Source: a virus (taxonomy: Duplodnaviria; Caudoviricetes). From it: a DNA stretch of 35,080 nt. Both the position numbers and the translations under genes were made by a program. The notes below the pieces were generated by a model, which was not told where the DNA came from, ran no database searches, and was given only the letters and a program-made list of their open reading frames with translations. Shown in pieces: positions 1 to 6,967 of the stretch. Location of the stretch: positions 1 through 35,080 of the IMG/VR virus record IMGVR_UViG_3300032269_000669. One strand, given 5' to 3'. How positions within the stretch are numbered: position 1 is the stretch's first letter; every line of letters begins with the position of its first letter.

Positions 1-1168
1 CTGCAGCTTTAGCTGTAGTAGCAACCTTTGCAGCAGTAGCAACACCTTTAGCTGCGTCTAAACCAACAACAGCGGCTTTAATACCCTCACCAGCAACTGG
101 TATTGCAAGAGCAGCTGTAGAGCCAAGATTAAGAAGACCCATACCAAACTGACCAAGTGCACCAAGTACGTTGCCCTTAGAAATCTCTTTACCTGCAGCA
201 CCAAAGTTCTGATAACCAGTAAGAGTGTTAAGAACAAAACCACCTGCTTGACTTGCAACAGAAGGCCCTGAAGAAGTTGTTGGTTTAGTTGTAGCAGTTG
301 GAGTTGCAACTGGGCCAATAAAACCTTTATCTCCTGGCTTTAATGTAGTTGTAGACGTTGTTGCTTTAGCTGGAGTAAATGTATCTGTCTTAGGTGCAGA
401 TGATGCTGGAAGAATGTTTCCTTTTTCATCAACGTATTGCATTGATGAACCAACATATTGCAAACCAGGCTTTAGTGTAGTTGCTGTAGAAGTTGCTTTA
501 GTTGGTGTTGATGTAGAACCTGAAGCGGAAGCGCGTGCATCATCAGCAGTTTTTGCAGCTGCTGCTTTATCTGCAGTTGTTATTCCAGAGAATTGAGAAG
601 AAGAACTAACACTTGGTGCTGGTGTTGCAGCAGGTGCTGGTGCAGCATCATAGGCTGCTAACTTTGCGGCTGCTGCTTTAGCTGAAGCATTCATTAAGCC
701 AAAGTCTTCTGTTGCATTTGATGCACGAGACTGTGCGGCGGCGGCTGCGTCTACTAAAGCTTGTCTTTCTGCTGCAGCGGCGGAAGTTGCGGCTTTATCA
801 GCTGCGGCATTACCTGCTGCAGTGTTTCCCTTTTCACCTTCGCTTGAAGACGTTGTTTGAGTGGCAGGTGCAACAGGTTCATCTGCTTTAGCAGATGCGG
901 TATATCCTGGAGCAACGATGGGTCCAGTAGAGTTTGATGCTTCTTCTGCTCGTCTCCAACTTGAGTAACTTGCAGTTGTTGCAGCAGGTGCAGGAGCATA
1001 AGGTGAACCTGCTGCAGCTAAAGCTGCGTCTACTTCTCTATCAGTGCGTGCACGAGTTAGTGTAGATGCTGGTGCAGGAGCGGCTGCGGTCTCTACTGCA
1101 TTTGCAAAAGTACTAGAGCGGCTAGGTGTTGGGACGTCTCCGCCATCAATCATTGCTGCTTCACGCAT
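1..1168 (-). CDS. Ala/Thr/Pro/Ser-rich low-complexity protein, partial (runs off the window edge)
   Basis: Not in the ORF track because there is no stop in the window. ATG at 1168 lies 5 nt after the stop of the 1174..1362 ORF; about 389 open codons (MREAAMIDGGDVPTPSRSSTFANAVETAAAPAPAS...GNVLGALGQFGMGLLNLGSTAALAIPVAGEGIKAAVVGLDAAKGVATAAK). Strong GCA/GCT/ACT codon periodicity. Confidence 0.85.
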   Translation of the reverse strand, partial: MREAAMIDGGDVPTPSRSSTFANAVETAAAPAPASTLTRARTDREVDAALAAAGSPYAPAPAATTASYSSWRRAEEASNSTGPIVAPGYTASAKADEPVAPATQTTSSSEGEKGNTAAGNAAADKAATSAAAAERQALVDAAAAAQSRASNATEDFGLMNASAKAAAAKLAAYDAAPAPAATPAPSVSSSSQFSGITTADKAAAAKTADDARASASGSTSTPTKATSTATTLKPGLQYVGSSMQYVDEKGNILPASSAPKTDTFTPAKATTSTTTLKPGDKGFIGPVATPTATTKPTTSSGPSVASQAGGFVLNTLTGYQNFGAAGKEISKGNVLGALGQFGMGLLNLGSTAALAIPVAGEGIKAAVVGLDAAKGVATAAKVATTAKAA

Positions 1169-1173
1169 TGAGG

Positions 1174-1362
1174 TTACCTCGTATCTTGATTACGCTTGGA
1201 GCGGTTGAGTGCGTCCGACGCTTCTTTAGATACATTGTATCTTCCATAGCTAGGCTTAGGACCATTAAACTGGCCACCAGCTACATAACGAATATCTTGG
1301 TTCTTAAAAGGCCCAAAAGCTCTTTCAGCTCTTGTACGTCCCCATGCTGGGTCAGATTGCAT
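1174..1362 (-). CDS. hypothetical protein
   Basis: 62 aa ORF packed between neighbours; upstream GAGGG resembles an SD. Confidence 0.6.
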   Translation of the reverse strand: MQSDPAWGRTRAERAFGPFKNQDIRYVAGGQFNGPKPSYGRYNVSKEASDALNRSKRNQDTR

Positions 1363-1597
1363 TCTTATACCCTCTCGTACCTCTGTCTCGTAGGAATTCT
1401 ATGTATGAGTCCCCAAGCAGCTTAGAGAGTTTTTCATAGTTCTCATAATGCTTCTCCTCGAAGTGCGCGAGAAGTTGAGAGGTTGTAAAACGTGCGTTTG
1501 CGCATCCGTTGTTTACATCATCCCATACTACTTTTGCAAAGCGTGCAGAAGAGCTACTAGTGTCAAGTTGGTCAAATAACCAAGTGATGTAGCGCAT
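1352..1597 (-). CDS. hypothetical protein, weak YozE/SAM-like resemblance
   Basis: 81 aa; the pattern YITWLFDQ...FAKVVWDD resembles the YozE N-terminus (recalled, not searched). Confidence 0.6.
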   Translation of the reverse strand: MRYITWLFDQLDTSSSSARFAKVVWDDVNNGCANARFTTSQLLAHFEEKHYENYEKLSKLLGDSYIEFLRDRGTRGYKNAI

Positions 1598-1642
1598 TAC
1601 CGTAGTATGACAAGCCTCTGAAAGATATTCAGTGTTAAGAAG

Positions 1643-1759
1643 TTAAAGAGGTTTTTTCTGTGCTGACGGGCACTTAGGACAGGGTTGGCGGGTTGCTACA
1701 GAGTTGTGTGGCACAGAACTAGTTGCACCACAGAAGAAGCAAAGAACGCTAACTTCCAT
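1643..1759 (-). CDS. tiny zinc-ribbon protein (38 aa)
   Basis: MEVSVLCFFCGATSSVPHNSVATRQPCPKCPSAQKKPL; two CxxC; TAATG overlap with the upstream ORF. Confidence 0.55.
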   Translation of the reverse strand: MEVSVLCFFCGATSSVPHNSVATRQPCPKCPSAQKKPL

Positions 1760-1896
1760 TAGTGAGGTTTGTGCATGTCCTGATAAATATGGCCAACGTC
1801 TTGGCGGAGGGCTCTTGTGTCATCTTTAATCTGGTAGAGAACTGCCCCTGCTGCACCGAAGAAGATTACGTTTAATACGATTAGTAGAATAGTCAT
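1759..1896 (-). CDS. small single-pass membrane protein (45 aa)
   Basis: MTILLIVLNVIFFGAAGAVLYQIKDD...; hydrophobic N-terminus; ATG 1896 follows the hairpin downstream of hsp20. Confidence 0.6.
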   Translation of the reverse strand: MTILLIVLNVIFFGAAGAVLYQIKDDTRALRQDVGHIYQDMHKPH

Positions 1897-1899
1897 GGT

Positions 1900-1926
1900 G
1901 GGAGGGTAGCACAAAGCCACCCTCCC
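1900..1926 (-). terminator. GC-rich stem-loop downstream of hsp20 (terminator or processing site)
   Basis: minus strand GGGAGGGTGGC-TTTGT-GCTACCCTCCC; no clear U-tract. Confidence 0.45.
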
Positions 1927-1933
1927 GTACATG

Positions 1934-2380
1934 CTACTTGATTTTGATGGTCTTAGGTTGAAGCTCTTTAGGAACCTGCCGTTCGAGCTCAATTCGTAGT
2001 AACCCGTCTTCGTACGACGCGTTAACTACTTCTACATGCTCAGCAAGGGAGAAGTGCTTGTCAAAGTCCTTCTTCTTGATGCCATGGTGGATGTACTTGT
2101 ATTCATCAAGTACGGTTTCTTTGGTAATGCCTGATACGCGTAGTACGCCGTCTTTAACCTTAATCTCAAGGTCTTCTTTAGCAAACCCCGCAACGGCAAG
2201 TTCGATGACATACGCGTCTTCGTTTTTACCTTGGATAATGTTGTGGGGAGGGTATTTTGTATCTGATTCGCTCAGCATGTCTTGAAGCTGAGAGAACTGG
2301 TGATTCCAGCCAATTCCGCCGCTGATAAGCGAAGTAGTGATATTTGGGAACTGAACTGTATAGTTGTAGCCTGAAGCCAT
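1934..2380 (-). CDS. hsp20: small heat-shock protein, Hsp20/alpha-crystallin family
   Basis: KYPPHNI...YVIELAVAGF...YIHHGI...F.L.EHVEV..A.YEDGLLRIELER..P....PKTIKI, typical IbpA-like motifs; AAGGAG SD. Confidence 0.95.
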   Translation of the reverse strand: MASGYNYTVQFPNITTSLISGGIGWNHQFSQLQDMLSESDTKYPPHNIIQGKNEDAYVIELAVAGFAKEDLEIKVKDGVLRVSGITKETVLDEYKYIHHGIKKKDFDKHFSLAEHVEVVNASYEDGLLRIELERQVPKELQPKTIKIK

Positions 2381-2431
2381 AATATATCTCCTTAGACGAT
2401 ATAAGTTAATTGAGACCCATTTGGCGTCTCA
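2381..2431 (-). promoter_or_regulatory. candidate ROSE-like RNA thermometer in the hsp20 leader
   Basis: minus strand TGAGAC-gccaaatgg-GTCTCA hairpin, then TATATC-G-TC-taag-GA-GATATA hairpin partly occluding the AAGGAG SD with a bulged G. Confidence 0.5.
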
Positions 2432-2438
2432 GGTTTAA

Positions 2439-2579
2439 TTATAACCGCGAAGAAGCCATTCGACAATCTTTACAGACTTTCTCTGGAATGCTGTAGACAA
2501 TGATGGTCTTACAGTCAGTTGCCCAATTACCGCATTCACTGCAGTATCCCTTGTTATCCGCAATCTTAGTTTTACTCAT
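2439..2579 (-). CDS. small zinc-finger protein (46 aa)
   Basis: MSKTKIADNKGYCSECGNW...KVCKDCRMASSRL; two CxxC; ATGA overlap with the upstream ORF. Confidence 0.6.
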   Translation of the reverse strand: MSKTKIADNKGYCSECGNWATDCKTIIVYSIPEKVCKDCRMASSRL

Positions 2580-2749
2580 TTGCAACTCCAACAGTAATTA
2601 GGCACCCGCTGCTCAGACTTACCGATAACAAATACAACCGAGCATCCCGCACATCTAGCAAGCGCCTCATCTGCCCCCAAAGTAGAAGGCAAATGCCATT
2701 CCAGCTTCTGCCCGCCCAGTATCTTTCTTAATGTATGTAGTAATCCCAT
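2576..2749 (-). CDS. small zinc-finger protein (57 aa)
   Basis: MGLLHTLRKILGG...RCAGCSVVF...NYCWSCK; two CxxC. Confidence 0.55.
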   Translation of the reverse strand: MGLLHTLRKILGGQKLEWHLPSTLGADEALARCAGCSVVFVIGKSEQRVPNYCWSCK

Positions 2750-2888
2750 AACCGCATCGTACCCTTTCGGCTACTGCCCCACAACTCACATGTTACCTGC
2801 GGTTCTTATCTGGTGGCTATATTGTCGACAAACCGACTTAACCTAGGGGGGTCTCAGGATATGAGACGAGAGCCGAGACGCGGTTAGG

Positions 2889-2957
2889 ATTGTTATACAA
2901 CCGTTATAAATGCCGAGCGTGTCGGTTGTTGCGCTTGTCGGTGGGATAGTGTTCTAT
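2889..2957 (+). promoter_or_regulatory. early promoter with GTTAT-n6-GTTAT box, -35 TTGCGC and -10-like TTCTAT
   Basis: box at 2892-2907; GTTGCGC(T/C)TGTCGG shared with the 5388 promoter; 17-bp spacing. Confidence 0.6.
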
Positions 2958-3003
2958 GTACCTAGTGAACAACCGTTCACGCTAACCCTCTAAGGAGTAT
3001 CAA

Positions 3004-3285
3004 ATGAGCATATCTCTAAACGTACACGCGCAAGGCTTGGAAGTGGATACTACTATCCGCAAGGTGTGGGACTATGAACTACACGCCGACCCTCGCACCG
3101 CGTACTCACTACGCCTAACAACTACACAAGGGGACGAGGTTATCTTCTTCCTATCACTCAACCAAATCGAGTCAATAGGTGAGGCGATTGACTCTTACGT
3201 CGCTAAGGCTATCGACGTTCCCGCCCCTACTATCAACGACATCAAGCGCATGATTGAGGAAAACGAAGGGATATCACTATCATGA
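3004..3285 (+). CDS. hypothetical protein (first gene of the early island)
   Basis: 93 aa; strong SD TAAGGAG. Confidence 0.85.
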   Translation: MSISLNVHAQGLEVDTTIRKVWDYELHADPRTAYSLRLTTTQGDEVIFFLSLNQIESIGEAIDSYVAKAIDVPAPTINDIKRMIEENEGISLS

Positions 3286-3482
3286 AGGAAACTATCTTCT
3301 ACAACGGGTTCAACCTACTTGTTGACCTAATCGTCTTCGCGGTTACCGCGTTCTTCTTCTATCGTTCAGGTATTCAACGAGGCTTCTTCGAGGGAATGGA
3401 GGCGGAGGCGCTATCGCAGGAGTACACACGCAAGCACGCAGACGCTGACCTTGATAAGCATTGGGAAGGGGTTATCAAATGA
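3282..3482 (+). CDS. small membrane protein
   Basis: 66 aa; hydrophobic stretch FNLLVDLIVFAVTAFFFY; ATGA overlap. Confidence 0.8.
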   Translation: MKETIFYNGFNLLVDLIVFAVTAFFFYRSGIQRGFFEGMEAEALSQEYTRKHADADLDKHWEGVIK

Positions 3483-3631
3483 AGACCTGCAAGGTTCTCG
3501 ATTGTACCTCGACCGAGTTAGTCTATTCAGGAGTGGACGCCCTACTATTGGGCGTCCCTACTGAGGTCATATGCTATGACCACGCCAACGAGTACGCACT
3601 AATAAAGGACGCGATACATGTTGACGCGTAA
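3479..3631 (+). CDS. hypothetical protein (50 aa, Cys/His)
   Basis: MKTCKVLDCTSTELVYSGVDALLLGVPTEVICYDHANEY...; ATGA overlap; GGAAGGGG SD; below the ORF-track cutoff. Confidence 0.7.
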   Translation: MKTCKVLDCTSTELVYSGVDALLLGVPTEVICYDHANEYALIKDAIHVDA

Positions 3632-3803
3632 AGATTACAAGGCGATTGCCGACATCATTAACAACGAACGCGCAGACTTTCAGGAAGGGGAGGACGGTTA
3701 CGCCCTACTCAATGTCCTCTCCGCTCAGTTATCGCATTACATGGCAAGCGATAACCCTAACTTCAACCGCGCTAAGTTCTTAGAAGCTTGTGGGGTGAAC
3801 TAA
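3618..3803 (+). CDS. conserved small phage protein (TRKDY...DNPNF..KF..AC type)
   Basis: 61 aa; motif recalled from uncharacterised phage early proteins; AAGGA SD. Confidence 0.8.
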   Translation: MLTRKDYKAIADIINNERADFQEGEDGYALLNVLSAQLSHYMASDNPNFNRAKFLEACGVN

Positions 3804-4027
3804 TGGAAGGCTCAATGTATGGAAGCGGTATCTACAGCGACACCGTTAGCCTCACCGTCGAGTGCGAGTGCGGTAACGATTGGGAGCAGGACTTCAATAC
3901 GGACGACTACGGTAACGTGGAAGACACAGTCAAGTGCCCCTCATGTAACACAGAGTTTAACTTCGAGCGTGAAGGTGAGGACATCAACCAACCAGACCCA
4001 GACTACAACCCCTGGGACGACAACTAG
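3803..4027 (+). CDS. very acidic zinc-ribbon protein
   Basis: start at ATG 3803 (TAATG overlap); CECG...CPSC; D/E-rich. Confidence 0.8.
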   Translation: MEGSMYGSGIYSDTVSLTVECECGNDWEQDFNTDDYGNVEDTVKCPSCNTEFNFEREGEDINQPDPDYNPWDDN

Positions 4028-4046
4028 ACTTCCTTAGAGGGAAGAC

Positions 4047-4090
4047 CCTAGCCTTAGCGCCCTCCGTCGGTGCTAGGGCTAGGTTTGTTT
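4047..4090 (+). terminator. intrinsic terminator with loop CTCCGTC
   Basis: 15-bp stem CCTAGCCTTAGCGCC/GGTGCTAGGGCTAGG (two G-U) followed by TTTGTTT. Confidence 0.75.
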
Positions 4091-4146
4091 GTGTTGGGAC
4101 TATGGGCGGGCGGTGAAGCTGCACGTCCATAGTCCCAACACAAACA
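4086..4146. repeat. inverted repeat 1 (20-bp perfect arms starting TGTTTGTGTTGG)
   Basis: TGTTTGTGTTGGGACTATGG 4086-4105 / CCATAGTCCCAACACAAACA 4127-4146. Confidence 0.95.
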
Positions 4147-4159
4147 TTCGGTGTGGCGC

Positions 4160-4187
4160 TTGCATATCTGAGAGATAAGAGTATTGT
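4160..4187 (+). promoter_or_regulatory. sigma70-type promoter
   Basis: TTGCAT-16 bp-TATTGT upstream of the DUF932 gene. Confidence 0.5.
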
Positions 4188-4233
4188 TCGCATTGTCTAG
4201 CAATAACGCTAGCATATACAGAAAGAGACGGAC

Positions 4234-5238
4234 ATGGCACACAATCTAGAGCAATTCGACGGAAAGACCGCTTTCGCATTACGTGGAGAGCCAGCATGGC
4301 ATGGTCTTGCAAATGTACTATTCGATGAAGATGCACACGTTACAACCGCGGGAATGTTAGACGCGGCATATCTATCTAATTGGAATGTATCGCTTGAGCA
4401 AGTTGTACACCCACAAGGCTATCGCTCAATCTCTGATTCATTCATGGTTACACGCGATAATCCATTCGATAACGGCAAGGACGTTCTCGCCGTAGTTGGT
4501 GACCGTTACAAGGTATTTTCTAATGAAGACTTATTCTCATTCGGCGATAATCTTCTAGACGGTGGCGCACAATGGGAAAGCGCAGGTTCTATTAAGAATG
4601 GGCGCCAAGTGTTCGGTTCGCTTGCAATCGACCGCGAAATGATTCTTGACCCGCAAGGTATTGCAGATAAGTCTAAGTCTTATCTACTAGTAACTACATC
4701 ACACGACGGTTCAAGTTCAATTCAAGCTTGCGTTACACCTGTTCGCGTCGTATGCCAAAACACTCTCAATCTTGCACTCAATGGCGCAACACAATCATTC
4801 AAGGTTCGCCACACTCAAAAAGCAGATGGGCGCGTAGATGAGGCGCGTCGCGTACTAAGTTTAACACATGCGTATCTTGACGAGTTCGAGACCATGGCGC
4901 AGGAGTTGTACCAGACCGCAATCACAGATAAGCAATTCACCGATTTGGTGGAGGCTATCTACCCAGCGCCAGACAAGGATTCAAAAGCCGCGTTTACTAA
5001 GTGGACAGAAAAGACCGATTTCACTAAGGCACTCTATTTGAACAGCCCTACACAGGAGGGAATCACTGGCACAGCATGGGGCGCCCTTAATGCACTTACT
5101 GAGCGCATAGACTGGTTCCGCGCTAATGGTAAGGCGCAGACAGAAGGTCTCATGGTTGCAGCGAGTGGACTAGAGGCAGGAGTCAATGCCGAGAAGGCGC
5201 GTATCCTCCGCGCAGTCAAGGAACTAGTCGCAGCGTAA
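4234..5238 (+). CDS. DUF932 family phage/plasmid protein (TIGR03299-like)
   Basis: MAHNLE...PAWHGL...VGDRY...ESAGSIKNGRQVF...YLLVTTSHDGS...TPVRVVCQNTL...RHT...GTAWGALNALTE. Confidence 0.92.
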   Translation: MAHNLEQFDGKTAFALRGEPAWHGLANVLFDEDAHVTTAGMLDAAYLSNWNVSLEQVVHPQGYRSISDSFMVTRDNPFDNGKDVLAVVGDRYKVFSNEDLFSFGDNLLDGGAQWESAGSIKNGRQVFGSLAIDREMILDPQGIADKSKSYLLVTTSHDGSSSIQACVTPVRVVCQNTLNLALNGATQSFKVRHTQKADGRVDEARRVLSLTHAYLDEFETMAQELYQTAITDKQFTDLVEAIYPAPDKDSKAAFTKWTEKTDFTKALYLNSPTQEGITGTAWGALNALTERIDWFRANGKAQTEGLMVAASGLEAGVNAEKARILRAVKELVAA

Positions 5239-5248
5239 GCCTAGACAA

Positions 5249-5280
5249 CAAAGCCCCTCCGCGAGGAGGGGCTTTTTGTT
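5249..5280 (+). terminator. intrinsic terminator
   Basis: AAGCCCCTCC-GCGA-GGAGGGGCTT followed by TTTGTT. Confidence 0.9.
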
Positions 5281-5343
5281 TGTGTTGGGCTATATGGCTG
5301 GATGGCGAAGCGTTTCAGCCAGCCATATAGCCCAACACAAACA
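5277..5343. repeat. inverted repeat 2 (25-bp perfect arms starting TGTTTGTGTTGG)
   Basis: TGTTTGTGTTGGGCTATATGGCTGG 5277-5301 / CCAGCCATATAGCCCAACACAAACA 5319-5343. Confidence 0.95.
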
Positions 5344-5344
5344 T

Positions 5345-5416
5345 TATAACGATTGGATAACAATGTGAGCGACACGCGTGGAGAGAGTTGCGCCTGTCGG
5401 TAGCCTGTAATAGATT
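5345..5416 (+). promoter_or_regulatory. early promoter with inverted GTTAT-n6-GTTAT box
   Basis: ATAAC-gattgg-ATAAC 5346-5361; TTGCGC (5388)-17 bp-TAGATT (5411); 5' hairpin TACTAGGTT..AACCTAGTA follows. Confidence 0.7.
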
Positions 5417-5459
5417 GCTCTTACTAGGTTCAGACCAACCTAGTAGAGAGAGAACGACC

Positions 5460-5909
5460 ATGGAACAGACAACACTCTTCTATACACAGGAAGAGATGAA
5501 CAATGCTATCTCTACAACCCGCGACTTGGCTACCCGAGACGCACAACGCACAACGAGAGATACCCTTATCGAGGTACTTCGCGATTGCGCCCGTGAAGAT
5601 GTCGTAGACCGCGACACCGCACAGGCTATCTATGACCGCATAGCGAGCGCACTAGGACTATCCAGCGCCGTTATCGCTTCCCTCTATACAGTAGAGGTTA
5701 TCTATCAGGGTGAGGTACTTCTTGAAGTATCAGACATTGAGGCAGATGACGAGGACTCCGCAGAGTCTGAGGTATCAGGTAACCTTGAATTATCAGGCAC
5801 ACTCCGTATTACCACCGAGTACGGCGACCGTTCAGACACCGTTAGCGTTAGCGTTGATGGTTATGACCTAATTGACGAAGTTGAATACAACACCTACGAG
5901 CAACAGTAA
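5460..5909 (+). CDS. acidic hypothetical protein
   Basis: real start probably ATG 5460 (ACGACC-ATG); the ORF-track TTG at 5388 is the -35 box; D/E-rich C-terminal half. Confidence 0.85.
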   Translation: MEQTTLFYTQEEMNNAISTTRDLATRDAQRTTRDTLIEVLRDCAREDVVDRDTAQAIYDRIASALGLSSAVIASLYTVEVIYQGEVLLEVSDIEADDEDSAESEVSGNLELSGTLRITTEYGDRSDTVSVSVDGYDLIDEVEYNTYEQQ

Positions 5910-5920
5910 AGGAAACGACC

Positions 5921-6466
5921 ATGACTAAACTAGAAACATACAACAGCCTTATCGCAGAGGTAGAGCGCGACACCAGCCTAATAGGGTTACCAGCCTTAGA
6001 AGGTAGCCTCTATGAGAACTTGGAAAGCGAGGGGGTTACCCTAAGCCTACCCGACACACTAGAAATGGAGACTCCCCTCTCCGCTTTCAGTGATTACGCA
6101 ATCCGCGACGCAGTAATGACTCACGCTATGGAAGATGAACAGTTTTCCTTTGTCCTAGTCAATAAGATTACCCGCAGTGTTCACCCACGCAAGGATAGCC
6201 CTAGCGAGATTACTCAAGACGACCTTGAGGCGCTCGCAGTTTCAGCCCATGTGGGTACTATGTGGAAGCAATTCAGCCCAGCCATGAGCATTATGGCGTG
6301 GTCACAGCAGTTGGTAGAGGAAGAGCGCCCCGACCTAAAGGTGCCAAGCCTCATGGATATCACAGTAAGGCTAATCCAAGCCCGTGAGATGTTCGACTTC
6401 GCGGGAACGCGTAAGCAAATGCCAATAGATATGAAGGAGTCACTACTACAACAACTACAAGACTAA
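5921..6466 (+). CDS. hypothetical protein
   Basis: 181 aa; AAAGGA SD plus ACGACC-ATG. Confidence 0.85.
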   Translation: MTKLETYNSLIAEVERDTSLIGLPALEGSLYENLESEGVTLSLPDTLEMETPLSAFSDYAIRDAVMTHAMEDEQFSFVLVNKITRSVHPRKDSPSEITQDDLEALAVSAHVGTMWKQFSPAMSIMAWSQQLVEEERPDLKVPSLMDITVRLIQAREMFDFAGTRKQMPIDMKESLLQQLQD

Positions 6467-6470
6467 GGTT

Positions 6471-6498
6471 AGTGGGGCGTATGGTCGTGCGCCCCACT
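6471..6498 (+). promoter_or_regulatory. 3'UTR hairpin with loop complementary to the ACGACCAT start motif
   Basis: AGTGGGGCGTA-TGGTCG-TGCGCCCCACT. Confidence 0.6.
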
Positions 6499-6503
6499 CA
6501 CAC

Positions 6504-6549
6504 GGCCGCTGAGTTTATTAGCATGGGTAGCTCAGCGGCCCTTTTGTTT
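6504..6549 (+). terminator. intrinsic terminator
   Basis: GGCCGCTGAGTT...AGCTCAGCGGCC followed by CTTTTGTTT. Confidence 0.8.
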
Positions 6550-6651
6550 GTGTTGGCCCACCCACCCATCTATTTAATAATAGAACCCTTTTGAAATAAG
6601 CCTATTCGGCTTATTCCATTGGACATATGGAACATATGTCCAACACAAACA
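6545..6651. repeat. inverted repeat 3 (TGTTTGTGTTGG...CCAACACAAACA enclosing two internal hairpins)
   Basis: 12-bp arms 6545-6556 / 6640-6651; internal AATAAGCC..GGCTTATT and TTGGACATATG-GAA-CATATGTCCAA. Confidence 0.9.
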
Positions 6652-6830
6652 TGTGGGCGACATCACACAGCACCGCTATTGACAAGAGAGAGAGCCGTGT
6701 GCTAGGAGAGAGAGCGAGCGCGATAGGGCTATTGGGCTACTGCCAAATGTCGATAAATGGACATAGCGATACGACCAGACTTACGGATAGGGCTAGTGGG
6801 CTCTTATGTATTAAGAGAGAGCAGAGAGAG

Positions 6831-6898
6831 ATTGTTACCAAATTGTTATATTCGTGAGCGTGGCGGAAGTTGAGCCCCGTCCCCTTCTATGGTTCACT
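6831..6898 (+). promoter_or_regulatory. early promoter with GTTAC-n6-GTTAT box
   Basis: box at 6834-6849; TTGAGC (6870)-17 bp-TTCACT, same layout as the 2929 promoter. Confidence 0.55.
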
Positions 6899-6967
6899 CT
6901 CCCTATGAGTTACTACAAGGGTAATTCAGATAACCGCGCAGACCGCGCACAGAAAGGCATTACGACC

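Noticed and set aside
58-1425. ORF-track entries 58..318, 414..596, 754..999 and 1126..1425
   Set aside because: They are off-frame or antisense shadows of the long minus-strand Ala-rich ORF and its neighbours; the Leu/Gln-rich translations are frame artefacts.
4086-6651. CRISPR array or integron attC sites (arms contain GTTGGGC/GCCCAAC, matching GTTRRRY/RYYYAAC)
   Set aside because: The repeats are kilobases apart and inverted, so this is not a repeat-spacer array. The core order is inside-out relative to attC (RYYYAAC...GTTRRRY), the stems lack extrahelical bases, and no integrase is in the window.
6627-6967. ORF 6627..6857 and the extended AAA start at 6854
   Set aside because: They overlap hairpins, GA tracts and promoter motifs and have no SD. 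ATG 6968 has an SD and the shared start motif.
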